In this document: in pieces, positions 47,325 through 61,855 of the stretch | Numbering within the stretch: the stretch's first letter is position 1 | How the letters are laid out: every line of letters starts with the position of its first letter | Notes under the pieces: generated by a model | What the model saw: the letters and a program-made list of their open reading frames with translations, nothing else | Told to the model about the DNA's origin: nothing | Databases searched by the model: none | Source: Peribolospora baueri | Lineage: Eukaryota | DNA: 64,000 bases | NCBI GenBank assembly: GCA_029717555.1 | Contig: JAMDHS010000054.1 | Span: forward strand, 1-64,000 | Direction of reading: 5' to 3' | Program-made: the position numbers and the translations under genes

Positions 47325-49593
47325 ATGGCTCAAGCGGGCGACTGTCACATGCCGCCACCAGGGCCTCGTCAGAACGACGATCCATTCCAAGATCCTCAGC
47401 ACCCCGGAGCACCTACTGGATACGGCATGCAACCACCGCCCCAACAGAGCTCCTATCTAAACCAACTCCCCGGTCCCCAGCCGCACTACGGCGATCCGTC
47501 TCAAGGCCCCAAAGGAGATGGAAGCGGCGGAGAATCGTATGGCTACAGTATGCAACCGCCGCCACAGTACGCTGTGCCCTACCAGCAGAATAGCTATGGC
47601 GGCGGCGGCGGCAGTGGCGGCATGGTGATGATGGCCGGGCCTGGGTACGAAGGCAAGCGCTTCCAGCCTGAGAAGCCCAAGTGGAACGACGTTTGGGCGG
47701 CGATCCTCTTCGCCGCCCAACTCGCCGGCTTCATCGTCCTCACTATCATCACCCTGCGCGCCTGGAACGTGTCCGGGACGCTCGACCCGGATGGCAACAC
47801 ACTCAATTACCGCACCGGCATCTTGCTCCTCGTCGTTTGCGGCGCCGCCCTCGTGCTGAGCCTGCTCTACCTCGTCGTCGTACGCTTCTTCACCACCTTC
47901 GTGCTCGAGCTCACCCTTGCGCTATCGGTGCTCTTCAACATCGCCGTCGCCGTCTTCTACTGGGTCGAGCACAGGACCTACTTCGCTGTCATCTTCACCA
48001 TATTCGCCGTCTTCTCCGTCCTCGCCTACTTCTTCATGCGCAAGCGCATTCCGCTCTCCAAGCTCCTCCTCATCACCGTCATCGGCGCGGCCAACGATTA
48101 CAAGTCGAGCTATCTCGTTTCCATCGTCGGCCTCATCGTAGCGACCGCCTTCTCTGTCCTCTTCTCCTTCACCCTCGTGGCCATCTTTCAGTCGTACTCC
48201 CCCACCGGCTCGGTGTGTAAGAATCACCACGAGAGCGGGTGCTCGACGGGCAAAGTGGCTGGTCTCGTCGTCTATGCCTTCTTCAGCTTCTACTGGACGT
48301 CTGAAGTCATCAGGAATATCACCTTCGCTACGACCGCTGGCATCTTCGGCACGTGGTATTACGCCGCCGCCGGCGCTCCGCTCCCTACCCACCCCGCTTG
48401 GGGAGCGTTCAAGCGCTCGATGACCTACTCTTTCGGCAGCATCTGCTTTGGCTCGCTCATCGTCGCCATCCTCGACTTGATCCGTGCCCTCCTCAGAGTG
48501 TTCCAGCAGCAGCAGACAAGCGACGGCGACATCGCCGGCGCCATCCTCGCCTGTGTCGCCGGCTGCTGCATTAGTTGCATTGACGGCCTCGTCGAGGTGG
48601 GTGGCGGGTTTAGCATGTGACGGGGTTTGGTTCTCTGTTTTCCATTCCTTCGTTTCCTCTGATTGCAAATCGAGTATCCCGTCTTCTTTCGACTACCCAG
48701 TACTTCAACCGGTACGCATACATCAACATCGCGCTGTATGGCAACAGTGCGTCGTCCGCCTTCTTTCATGAATCGGTGCGCGTGAAAAGAAAAGGCGGCT
48801 CTGACATATGATCCTCCCGCTCAGGCTACATCACTGCGGCCAAAGAGACGTGGCGTTTGCTCATGGACCGAGGGCTGACTGCCCTCATCAACGACAGTCT
48901 GGTCAACATCGTGAGTAGCCACACGTCATCCATTGCGCCATGTCGCATATATCACCCTTGAATCTAAAGGCTTGATTGCTTACACCTCGCGCGCAATAGG
49001 TATGGGTCATGGGTTCCTACCTGGTCGGTCTCATCTGCGCCGTTTTCTCGTACGTCTACCTAAAGAAGGTATGTATGCGGACCATTTCCCCCCATTCGCA
49101 AAGGTGCATTCGGTCGATTTTGCGCTCATTGCTGAATGGAAATCTTTCCGGGCTTTTCGATGCAGACCTGGCCACAAGATACCGCAGAGCCGGCCGCCCA
49201 CTATTTCGCGCCAGCGATGATCTTCGCGTAAGTGCCTCGACCAGTCCATTTTTTTTCTGACGTTGTGTTCATACCTTGGGGCCCTTCGCTTTTTTTTGTC
49301 CGACAGCTTCGCGATCGGCATGAACATCTGTCTCTCCCTCGGCTCGGGCACCATTGGCGGAGGCGTGTCGACACTCTTCGTAGCGCTCGCAGAAGACCCG
49401 CACGTGCTCGCTCAGAAGAATCCTCCGCTGTTCGACATGATCCAGTCCAAATACCCTCAAGTATTGCAGCGTGAGTTTTCTCTTTCTCTTGACTTATCAT
49501 CGTCCTTCCCCTCTTTCGGCACGCTTCTGGGACGGTGGCTGATTGGCGGTCTCGATGTTCCCCCCACCCCCACATCTCTTAGCTGTCGCTTGA
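47325..49593 (+). CDS. PNS1: Choline transporter-like protein Pns1 (SLC44/CTL)
   Basis: KPKWNDVWAAILF; FSFYWTSEVIRN; RSMTYSFGSICFGSLIVA; YFNRYAYINIALYG; FVALAEDP. Confidence 0.9.
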
Positions 49594-50021
49594 GCGGGAG
49601 TGCCAGAGCCGGTCGTCTAGTATCTCTGTTTCCTCCCCGGTCCTCGACTTGTCCAACTGCCGTCCATGGTATTGGTCCTCGTGTTTATGCGACATTGATT
49701 GGGCCAACCCGAGAATCGAACCGATGACAGCCCCTGACACAGGCCTCTCTGTCAACGAAAAAGGATTGCCAAAGCCATCAGAACAGGGAGGGCCCTTTTA
49801 AAATGACGGCTTCGAAGAGGACCAAGCGTTCTATTTATTAATTACCAAATTGATGGGTTGATGTTTATGACAGACACCGTATTATTATGAGAGCGTCCTT
49901 CCTCCCCTTCCATCCAAAGGCATCTCCCTTGCGTCCATTCTACGCCCCGCTTTGGAACGGCCTCGACAGCCGGAGGGTCTGCCGAGCGGGATCACAACGC
50001 CCGCCAGGTTGGACGGAGGAC

Positions 50022-51282
<1,261 letters not shown>

Positions 51283-51364
51283 GTCTCTTCGCTGTGTGGT
51301 ATATGGTACGTGTACGTATGCGGTTGTGTCACGCGGAGCTGCCGCTGTCAGGGGCCTTCTTTAT

Positions 51365-51652
51365 CTACACTTGTTTCCTAGGCGGGTTGAGCGGGTTGGG
51401 ATGGGGTATGGCTTCTTGCAACTTCTGCTTTTGCTTGGGGTCAGCAGCCTGTTTCTGGACGACGTAGGCGAAGGCGCCGAAGCTTGCGATGGCAATGAGG
51501 GCGAAGAAGATGGGGTTTGGCGCCGACGAGCGCTTCTTCCTCGGAGCACCGGCAGACGTGGCAGCGGTGGAGAGAGGGCGGTGCGTGAAGAAGGGAGACG
51601 GCGAGAGAGGGGCGAAGGTGCGAGCGACGAGCGGGTAAGGGCTTCGAAGCAT
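51365..51652 (-). CDS. 95-aa putative mitochondrial single-pass membrane microprotein immediately upstream of URA6
   Basis: Arg/Ser-rich, acid-free N-terminus; TM segment IFFALIAIASFGAFAYVV; basic tail. Confidence 0.6.
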   Translation of the reverse strand: MLRSPYPLVARTFAPLSPSPFFTHRPLSTAATSAGAPRKKRSSAPNPIFFALIAIASFGAFAYVVQKQAADPKQKQKLQEAIPHPNPLNPPRKQV

Positions 51653-52175
51653 GAAGGAAGACGAGGAGGAGAGAGACGAAAGACGATGTCGCTTCTTCCA
51701 GGCTGAGAAAGGTCGGACAGCGGCGACGGCGATTCTGGCTTGGCCGAGGAATAATAATTACCACGTCTGTAATGCAAGTTGTAAATGCAAGCAACTTGTA
51801 AAAGCGAGGGAAATCAACAAGCCTCGCCGTGCCGCAGCTCCCTCGCACGTGGCGGCGCGACAGCACAGTTGTACTCCATTTTTGGCCTTCTCTTGTCTCC
51901 GCCGTCGCCTATGAAATGAAAACCTCTGATAGTTATGAAATGGGGACGATCGTTGTGGCCGGGGTCGACCGGACCGGCGTGAGCGACTGCGACCAGGATT
52001 AGGTTTGTGTTCCCCACGTCAGACAAACGACTTCACATGCGTGCGTCTCCAAGCGAACCGCGGTCGTCAACCCACGTCTCCCTCACCTCCGTTCCTCCAA
52101 CTCACAATCGTCTTCTTCTCTATCATAGCACAGGAACATCTTCCAATTGCACCGAGACGAAGCACTATCGCGTGC

Positions 52176-53955
52176 ATGTCGCGTCAACGGCAGGACGAAG
52201 AGAGCGAGCAGTCCAGCGAGGCAATGTCCGGCGGTGAGACGCCCAAGTCGACTCTGACGGTCAGCAGCTCTGGCCTTGACGCCTTCTTTCGCGATGATGG
52301 TCAGTGCTTGGCGAACGCTGGCTCTTTCCGAGCTCGCGCCCTTCTAAACATGTTCCACACGATACCCCAGGGGAGCGCAGGTACCACGCTACCGAGAATC
52401 CGTACGCTTTGCCCAGCGACGAGCAAGAAGTGTCTCGCTTGGACCTGCAACACATGGTCCGCATCTTACTCGCACCAGTTTCTACCGAGATCGATGCAGG
52501 GCGACAGCGGTTCACCACGCGTTGCCTTTGTCGTTCGTCGTCCTCTCCTCTTTTCCGAGCACAGGTCCATCAAACGGTCCTCGGAAATAGCAACTACCAT
52601 CGCCGTGCGCCTGTGCGCCAAGTTCTTCTGGATACGTCGACGCCGCGTCGGAAGCGAATTGGGTCTTCCTGGCCCAAACGCTCATATGACACCATCTTCG
52701 CCGCTATAATATAAATTGAACATCGCCACTGATGCTTGTTGGACCTTCGCTTGGCCGTCTCCGTTGCGGCAGTCCTTGATGTAGGGACGGGGTCGGGCAT
52801 TTGGGCTATCGAGATGGCGCTCGAGTTTCCTTTCGCTGAGGTCACAGGAATGGATGTGGTTCCAATTCAATCGCATGACGCGCCTCCCAACGTCACATTC
52901 GAGATCGACGACCTCAACAAGCCTTGGATGGTGAGCGCGCGTTAGCGTGACGATCAGACCCTCAGTCGCTCGTTGCGCTTTCCTCCGCCGGTGATGATGT
53001 CTCTCGTCCCTCTCACTCTGGGAAAATAAACATTCTTCCCCACTTCGCTCCTCCCACTCTCAGGACAGGGAGTCCGAGAGGTACGATCTCGTCCATTCTC
53101 GCCTCGTGGGGTGAGTTGCACCCCACCTTCAACCGACCTGGCTATCTTTGCCTCCTATTTGAGCGAGCTGAAGGTGCACTTTCGTTGTGCGGAAGGTGGG
53201 GTGTGAAGGACTGATCGCAATACCCACCGGCAGTCGTCTCCTCCGTAGTACCCGGCGGGATCGTCATTTTCGTCGAGACATACACTTGGCCCGGTACCCC
53301 CAATGAAGACATGGCCCCGGTCGCGTTGGTGGCATCTCTTTCGTCGAGTGGTGGAGGGAAGGGACGCTTTAGCAGCTAGGGTAAGCGGTGATGGTATTTC
53401 CACATTCCTTGAGAGTCACACCTTACCTCTCGTGACGACGCCTGGCAGGGCCCGGAACTCGTGCGGCTCCTGGAAGCACATCCGGACTTGTGCGACCATG
53501 GTAGCGAACTCTTTGAGTGGCCGGTAGGCCCACGCCTTGATGGTAAGCCACGCAAGGCGATGTGAGGTCCAAGCACCAGCTCATTCGTCAAAGACTGGAA
53601 CATCGTCCTAATAGACCCGCTCAAAAACCAAGCCGGGATGCTCATCGCAAGGGACATGGAGGCTTTTCTTGCCCTCATATACACTTTCTTTGTCAGACCT
53701 GTCCTCGCCGAAGACGGCTACGGCGATGCATAGTGCGTTTTCGCTCATCTCTCCATCTCGGAAGACTCGAGCAAGTCTCCGTCTCTTCATCTGGGTTGAT
53801 GTGTAAAAAGGTTTTGGCGCCGCCTCGACAGCATCGCCCATTTCCTCGGTCAAGTGCGTGCGGAACTTTGGGACGACCGCAAGGTTTTTTTTTCGAACGT
53901 CGTTTACGCTTGGGCACGGAAGAAGGCCACGTCGTCTACGATGTCCGAGCAGTGA
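52176..53955 (+). pseudogene. LaeA/TAM-like class I SAM-dependent methyltransferase, apparently degenerate
   Basis: YALPSDEQEVSRLDLQH; LDVGTGSGIWAIEMA; VTFEIDD; YDLVHSR; PGG; VVYAWARK. Expected donor at 52659 reads TTGGGT, and there is a frame break near 53300-53326. Confidence 0.6.
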
Positions 53956-54370
53956 GTCGCTTTCCCGTCGTGTCAGTGCAGGTTGGATCTCTCTGGGGTG
54001 TGGAAACTCTATTGTCGGGCAGGTTCGAGGCTTGTGTGAGATCTTTCTAGGACGCACGTCGTCAGACACTCTACTCAAATGACCCCAATGAAGAATCAAA
54101 TGTCGCAAGATTACTTCTCAGGAACGCGTTGGTGGAGAGCGACTGAAGTAATGTCCGATTCATGACATAGAGATATCAAAGAGGATAGAGCATCTCTACA
54201 ATGCTAATGATCCCACGAGATGGTCGTAGGAACGAACATGATGGGGCTGATAGTCCCCTCGATCCTTCTATCCGATGCCCATCGTTCCACATCGCAAGAG
54301 CGCGTCGCTGTCAAACGTCCGAGGAACATGAGCGAGAAGACGTCCGACTAACGAGAAAAGGAAAACTCCG

Positions 54371-55774
54371 TTAAGCAGAGTCGCTCCCCACGTCGTCTCT
54401 CATCTTCTTCTCCTTCCATCCCTTCTCCATCCACTTCTCCCACCCGCCGAGACTCTTTCCAGGCTCGACATCCAGCTTCTCCGGCACCTCCTTCTCGTGA
54501 GCGAGAATGACCATTACGTTTTCCTCCATCTCCATCCTCCCCAATCTCGCCATCGTCTCGTACGCCAGGGTGACGTCCCTGTGCATGCTGCGCGAAGGTG
54601 GGGCCGCGGGATCGTCTCCTTCGGTGCGCCAAAATCCAATGGAAAGACGGTGATCGAGGGAAGAAGGAGAGGCGGGAGGCGGAGAGAAGAGGCGTTGGTC
54701 GTGCGCCGCGTCTCCGCAGAGAAAAAGGTACGACTCTGGGGATGCGGACACGCGCGCGAGGGCGCACATGTGCCCTTCGCAGTGCTGGTAAGCAGAGAGG
54801 AAGACCAAGGCGTAGGCTGGTCAGCACGGATAACAAGGCCGGAGGAGGTGGAGAGTCGACCAATGTACTCACGCCTGGCGCGTCGACGAGGAAGAGCGAA
54901 CCATCTCCGAACCTGTTCAGCGGCAAAGGGGCCGGTCAGTGCACAAGCGAGCGGACAAAGTGTGCTCGCACACCGCGAAAGAAAGAGCGAAACATGTCGC
55001 TCACCAATCCCAACCTCTCTCAAAAGCGCCCACCGCAACCCACTTCTTCCCTTCCTTTCCCTCCCCGACGCCCCTCCCCAACTCGCCTTCGCCGACCTCG
55101 AAAAGCTCCCTATGGCGCAAGTAAGCGCTGGAAAAAGAGAACAGCCCGTGGGGATTCTCGTCTCCGCCGTTCACGAACGCCTTTGATCCTGGACCTACAA
55201 AGACGGGAACGGAAGGAGGGAAGGCGGTCATATCTCCGTAATGATCGAAGTGGACGTGGCTGACGAAGATGCCTTTCAGGCCCTTTGGACCGATGGGTGG
55301 GTTGAGTGTCTGGAGCATGTAGGGCAGGGCGTGCAACTTGGGCACGACGGGCTTGAACATATTGCGAATCATTGGCTGCATGCCTTCGGGCAGCCTCTCT
55401 GAATCCTGGAGAGAGGAGCCGCACAACAGAGCCATGCGAAAAAAGAAGAGCGAAAGAGAGGGCGGAGTTAGCGAGCGACGCGGTCCTTCGAGCCGAGGTG
55501 AGAAGACGGACGGGTCGGACTCGGCTTACATGCCGCAACCCCAGATCCCACAGCCACTTTTCGCCGTCCTTTTCAATGAGCCAGCCCAGTACGGGTAAGA
55601 GCATCTGCTCTTCCTCCCTGCCCGACCATGTAGAAAGTATTTGCGCTTGCTGTCGACGTAGCCAAGGTGGAGAAGCGCCGCTTTCACCGTCGCGGCCTGG
55701 GAAATGGGAGAGGGGATGCCGTAAAAACGAATCTCATACGGCGGTACGTGGTGGGGCTGCTGCTGAGAAGCCAT
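54371..55774 (-). CDS. Metallo-beta-lactamase fold, AHL-lactonase-like; one frameshift near 55617
   Basis: WLWDLGLR; SHVHFDHYGD (HxHxDH); LVDAPGH; LCGDAAH; ILAHE. Confidence 0.8.
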
Positions 55775-56301
55775 AGCATTAGGATGTGCCTAGGGTGTGA
55801 TGGAGTTGGAGAGGCGATGGAACGAACCCTGTGCTGGTCATAAAAGCAAGAAGAGTACGTGAAGGGCGATGGCAAGGTCAGGATGGGATGGTATCGATAC
55901 GGCCGTAACGGTGAGGGCAACGCCGACGTGGTTGGTGGGCCCACGTGCGACGACATCGAAAGAGGTCAGCATTTGGTCACCACTATCCCGCCGTCTTCAC
56001 CTAGGAGCGTCAAGACCAGTCAAGATAACACCAATTTCACGCCGTCTGGATCGATGGCTGGGCGTTGGTTGCTCACAGCAACTCCTTCGCCAGCCGATTT
56101 GAACAGAGACGGTCCACTCACTCCACACTCCGTCGCCGTCGATCACTTGCACTCTTATCTCCGTCTGTCCCCGAAGCGGTCATATCACTACGACGGGTTG
56201 ACCTCGGCCAATTCCACGGGTGATGACGACCAAGTGCCGAGGAAGCCACACTCGTCCTTTTCTCTCGCTGCCCCCCGCCTGTTCCCCCTCTTCCTCCCGC
56301 C

Positions 56302-59300
56302 ATGTTTTCCGTACCCCGTGGTCCTACACTTTCTCTCTCTTCCACCGCCCTCCACTCTGGCTCCCCCCCGCATAAGAGCCCCCGCCTCGCCTTGGCCGAT
56401 AGCGGACCTCGCTCGGCAGGAAGTAGGACTGGAGCGCTATCACTCGCCGCCGGTGATGCACCTTTGTCGACATGGACCGGGTTTGGCGGTGCGGACAGGG
56501 ACGGAGGGGTGAAGAAGTTTGTGGTTAAGAATGGCTTTGGTTAGTCCACCAGCTCGTGACCGTAATCCCTTCATGGAGGAGTTCGGCCACGACCCTCACG
56601 TCGATGGTTCTCTCCTCCATCCTCTGTGAACTGACACGTGGTTGCTTTTCGGATGCCCAGCACAACCAACTCTTACAGACAGCTACACCACCGCATCTCT
56701 CGGCATGCTCACTCGTACCCTCCGCGCGCTCCTCGAGTTTCCCGTGTCGTCACCCCTCCCAGAGCCCCTGGAAACTCTTTACTCGGCGTGTGAGGCCCTC
56801 GTGGTCATCTCTCATCGGGGATCGGATTTGTACGACAGGGTGGTGATGGAGCTGGAGAGGAGCGTGTCTACGATCGCGAAGGAGCTCAGAGATAAGGGCC
56901 GAGAGGGAGAGGTTGAAATTTGGTTAAGAGCAGTCGAGCTGCGGTGGAAAGGTTACATCGAACGTGTGGTGAGAGCACATCTAGCATCGGCACTGGCCAG
57001 AAATCATTCAAGGGCAATTGAACTTACACTCTGTGCCTTTTTTCCATGGATATGCGCAGAATACGATCCGCTGCATCTTCCTTCCTCTCGATCGCATCTA
57101 CGTGCTTGGACAGCCGGAGATGTCTTCGATCTGGTAAGTTGATGATGGCTACCTTGTCATTGCTATATATGTTTATCTCATGCATGTGCACTGTTATTTG
57201 TTTTGTCTCCGTCACTGCTCTTGCCCATATCGCTTCTCTCCAGGGACTGCGCCCTCGATTTATTCTCACGGAAGATGGAAGATGACTCGACCCTCGGAAA
57301 GCGTCTCAGCGAAGGACTCGCGTCCCTGCTTACCTCGGAGCGGGACGGAATTTCTATTGATCGCGATCTGTTCACGTCGTTGGTCAAAATGCTTCTCTCT
57401 CTTTCGGTCTACGACGCCTTTAACGCCACGTTCGTTGCCACTTCTCACGCTTACTATCGGGCTGAGGCAGATCGCTGTCTTGAGGAGCTGGAAACCGTGC
57501 AGTATTTGATGCACGTGGAGAAGAGGCTCGAGGAGGAAGCGGAGCGGGGTGCGGTGCTATTATCCGAGGGAAAGTGCGATGCGGCGGTCGTCATCGTGGA
57601 GGCAGAGATGTTGGCGGCGAAAGTGGATGCTATATTGGATAAAGGTGAGGAACGAAAGAAGCCCGTTTATGTCCCGTTTCTCCAAATAAAGAATGAAATG
57701 TCTGACCTGAGTGGTGACGATTTGAACTGTCGTGCAGGCCTCAAGCAGTTCATGGAGCCGGGTCGGATTGAGGATCTTCGCCGTCTGTACGCCCTCCTGA
57801 GCCGCGTCAAGGAATTGCCCAAGTTGCGCGCCGCGTTCAGTGAATACATCAAGGTATTCTTGCCGTCGCTTCTTCCATATGTTTGATCAGAATGGTATAG
57901 CGCTCATTTCTGCCTCTTGCACATCCCACCACAGACGTTTGGGCAAACAATTGTTATGGACCCCGCCAAGGACGAAGACATGGTTCCAAGCCTATTGGAG
58001 TACAAAAGGCGCATGGACGTTGCCGTCAAGGAGGCCTTTGGTGGCGATGATGATTTCCTTCAGGCGATGAAGGAGGCGTTTGAGTGGTTTGTCAATAAGA
58101 GGGACAATAAGCCTGCTGAGATGATTGGTGAGGAAATTAGTTCGCTCGTTGACCAGGTCTTACCCGTGTACAACGATGCGCCGCTGATCTCTTTGACGCT
58201 TGCTTTGCGGTTCTTACTTGTCCCTTGTAGCCAAGTTTCTCGATGAGAAGTTGAAGAGCGGTCAAAAGGGCATGTCCGACAATCAGCTCGAGGAAGCGCT
58301 CACGGAGGCCCTTGTCCTCTTCCGCTACACTCGAGGTTGGTCCTCCTTATCCTCCCCTAACTGGCACTCACTACTTGCTCTAAATCCGCCATTGACGATC
58401 TTGTGTACCTTGGATGATCTTGCATCTGCCGGCCCCCAGGCAAGGACATCTTCGAGGCCTTCTACAAGCGCGATTTCGCCAAGCGTCTTTTGCTCAAACG
58501 GTCCGCATCTTCGGACGCCGAGAGGAGTATGCTCATCAAGCTCAAGGAAGGTGAGCTGCACCTGCCAGTCTAAATCGTCTCCACTATTGGACTTCATTTT
58601 GACATATCCGCCTTCTCGAACACGTAGAATGTGGCCCCAATTTCACGGCCAAGCTGGAAGTGATGCTCAAAGACATCGAGACCTCGGAAGATGTGATGAA
58701 GTCATACCGCAACTTCAGTGAAAAGGCCGCCAGTATCGATCCGACGGACACGGACAAGTTCGATCTGAGCGTGAACGTCATCAGTCAGGGAAATTGGCCT
58801 ACTTACCCTCCTGCTGAGGTCACGTTGGCAACTGATGTAAGCGTCACATCGACAGAGCGCTACTCCATTTGGGGTTCTGGGAACTGACTTGGTATACTCT
58901 ACCATGGCGACCTTGCTTGCCCCGGCTGATCTACTCGTGGTCAGATGGCACAGGCGCTAGACCGCTTCCACCGCTTTTACCAATCTCACCACCAAGGCCG
59001 CAAACTGACGTGGCAGCACAGCCTCGGCACGACGGCGGTTAAGGCATACTTCTCAAACTCGGGTCAGACCAAAGAGCTCAACGTGTCACTCTTCCAAACC
59101 GTAGTGCTCATGCTCTTTAACCCGCTCGGAGAGGGTGAGAAGCTTGGATATGAGCAGATACGAGAGCAAACTGGACTTGGTGAGCTTCGAACACTATTTT
59201 TTTTGGCTTGGGGAGATAGGAGCGACGTTCCAGGCTGTATCTCTCACCATGCCTTGCTGATGAAACCTCGTTCGCTGCTTTCCTTCACCTCACAGAGGAC

Positions 59301-59818
59301 AAGGAGCTCGTCCGCACCCTACAGTCGCTCGCTTGCGGTCAGGTTCGCGTGCTTACCAAGCACCCAAAAGGTCGCGACGTGAACCCGACAGATGAGTTCT
59401 CTGTCAACGATGGCTTCAAGCATGACCGGTACAGGGTCCGGATCAACCAGATTCAGATGAAGGAGACGGTGAGTGGTATGCTCTTCGCTGGTCGCGTTGA
59501 CGGTCGATAAGCTCCGATACCTCATAACTCACGGTTTCATTCTCCCATCGACGTTGTCTTCAGGCGGAAGAGCAAAAGACCACGACGGAAAGCGTTTTCC
59601 TGGACCGACAAATTCACCTCCAACTCGCCATCGTACGCACGCTCAAGGCGCGAAAGACGATTAAGCACCAGGAGCTGGTCACCGAGACGATAAACCAGAT
59701 CAAAGACCGGTTCCAGGTGGATGTTCCGGAGATCAAGAAGGCGGTCGACATCCTCATTGATAAGGAATACATGGAGAGGGACGAAGACGACCGGGCGTTG
59801 TACAGATATCTCGCTTGA
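56302..59818 (+). CDS. CUL4: Cullin-4
   Basis: [63 protein letters not shown]; neddylation domain [20 protein letters not shown]. Confidence 0.88.
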
Positions 59819-61855
59819 GGTCGCCGCCAGACGAGGGTCTGTGCTGTGACCCGTAGTGACAACATGTCATGCCGAATTGTACTTCTATAGTTTTACCCAC
59901 ATTTGTACGCAGACAATTAAAGAATTGCACTCAAGTATGTCCGTCCTCGGCTTGCGGGGTGGTGTGGGGGTTGGGGGCGCGGCGAAGGCGCCGACGGAAG
60001 ATGGACCGGGTCGGGCTTACGAAGATGACGTCGGGCAACCCATCCCTGCGCACGGGACATATGTGTGACGGTTTAAGGCACATTTTGTACGACCACAGAT
60101 GGAGCGAGGTTGAGGGTTAGAGCGAGGCCTGTCCCGAATCCTTCATAGTCGGCGGGGGCGGCGGGAAAATTCAACGGTCCGGCCCTGCCACGACCGCCTT
60201 CTTCCTTTGGCGCCGCCCTCGATCCCTGACGCTCTTAGTCGCGGACTGGGAGGCGGAGCCAGACGAGGCGAGACGATCGAAGCCGTTGAGCGCTGAGCAC
60301 AAAACGTTCTTCCTTGCTCCATCCACATACCCCTTCTTTTGACCCATCAACCCTCCTTCTCCTTCCTTCCCCCCTTCTCCCCGCAGTCACCTGACCTGCC
60401 GAGAGGACGTCGCCGAGTAACCTTCATCACGGACGAGCGCCGGCGCATCGCTCTGCCTTCTGAAGCCGAGGTCTAAAATATTTATTTCATTTCGCACGCG
60501 CCCTTCTGTCATGACTACCGCCATGCGTCCCGCAGGAGGCTCGGATGTAGCCGTGCACGGGCTTGGTCGCTCATCCGAAGGCGAAATGACCTGCGCCCTC
60601 CAGCGGCAATCAATCCCAGTGTGCCCGCAAGTCAGGGCCATCCATTCATCACGAATGCGTCCGCCGGCCCCCCATTTCACCGGCGCTCAAACGTTGCAAC
60701 CGGCCGCTCTACTCAACGCAAGTCCGTGAATGGCCTAGCGACGTGACCCCCCTGCGCCCGCTGATTGCCCAATTCCGTCATGGTAGCCTCTCGTGTACCT
60801 GCATCATCGACGTGCCTTCATTCATTTTCCCCTTTGCGCCGAGGCGAAGGTGAAGGAAACGAGTGGCTTTCCGAATCTCCGCCGGCCTACTTACAGTGCT
60901 CATTGAGCGCCAGGCCAAGCCCTTCATAACTGCTCGCTCGGAGTGCGGTTGAACGTTAAACCCTGCTTCTCTTTCGTCCCCGTCCTCTGCTCGTCCAGCT
61001 TGGGGTGCAGCTCTTAACGACTCGAGTGGAGCAGACCGCGTCCGCAGGTCCTTCTCGTCCATGCCATCTCATTCCATCCTCTTCTCTCATCGCCTCCTTC
61101 CCCTCTCTCCAAAACCTTGCTCCTTATTATTCCCTTTCGAGTTATTTTCTGCTCGATTTCAGACCGATTTCCGACCAGCCCTCAACTAGCCTCCTCTCGT
61201 TCTCCTCGCAACGACGTAGGTATCCTTCGGGCAGGCTGCCATTCACGTGAGCCCGACTACCTCGTTGTTACCATCGTCACCTTCGTCTACGTCCTCACCT
61301 TTGTCATCGCCGTCGTTCACATTCCTACCTGCAATCAGTTCTACGACCGTCCGACCGTCCGTCCCTTGGCCTCGCTGGCACTCCTTCTCGCATATCCAGT
61401 CCCCGCCCGGCAAGACTCGACCTTGAAGATTGTCTTTCTTCCACCGTTTATCTTGCCCTCCACATACCTCATCGGTTCACCCTCTCTCTCTGCACGCCCC
61501 CTCTGGGCCTCTCTCTTTTTTTCCCTCCCTCTCTTCCAACGCCTGCCGAGCGCACCAGCAACCAGGCGAGCGAGCAGGCATCTCGCGGCTCCCAACTCCC
61601 CTTTTTGTTTCCCGGAGACCTCTCGGTCTAGCTCGCATTTGCAGCCAGTCATCTCCTGCTTTTCATCAGTCGCTGCGCGTACACCTCGCCCATTCTCAGA
61701 GCCCGTGTCTCCTACCTCGTAGCGATACGCCATCGTCTTGGCCTCTCTTTTCCGCTCGCTCCCGCGCCTTTTCCATCATTCCAAGCCGGCCCGGTTTGCT
61801 CCACACTGCCATTCACCCCGCGGATCGTTCAGCTCTTTTCAACTGACTGACCGGA

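Noticed and set aside
59900..61800. Hidden gene or transposon between CUL4 and the membrane protein
   Set aside because: No motif-bearing ORF, TIR or LTR seen
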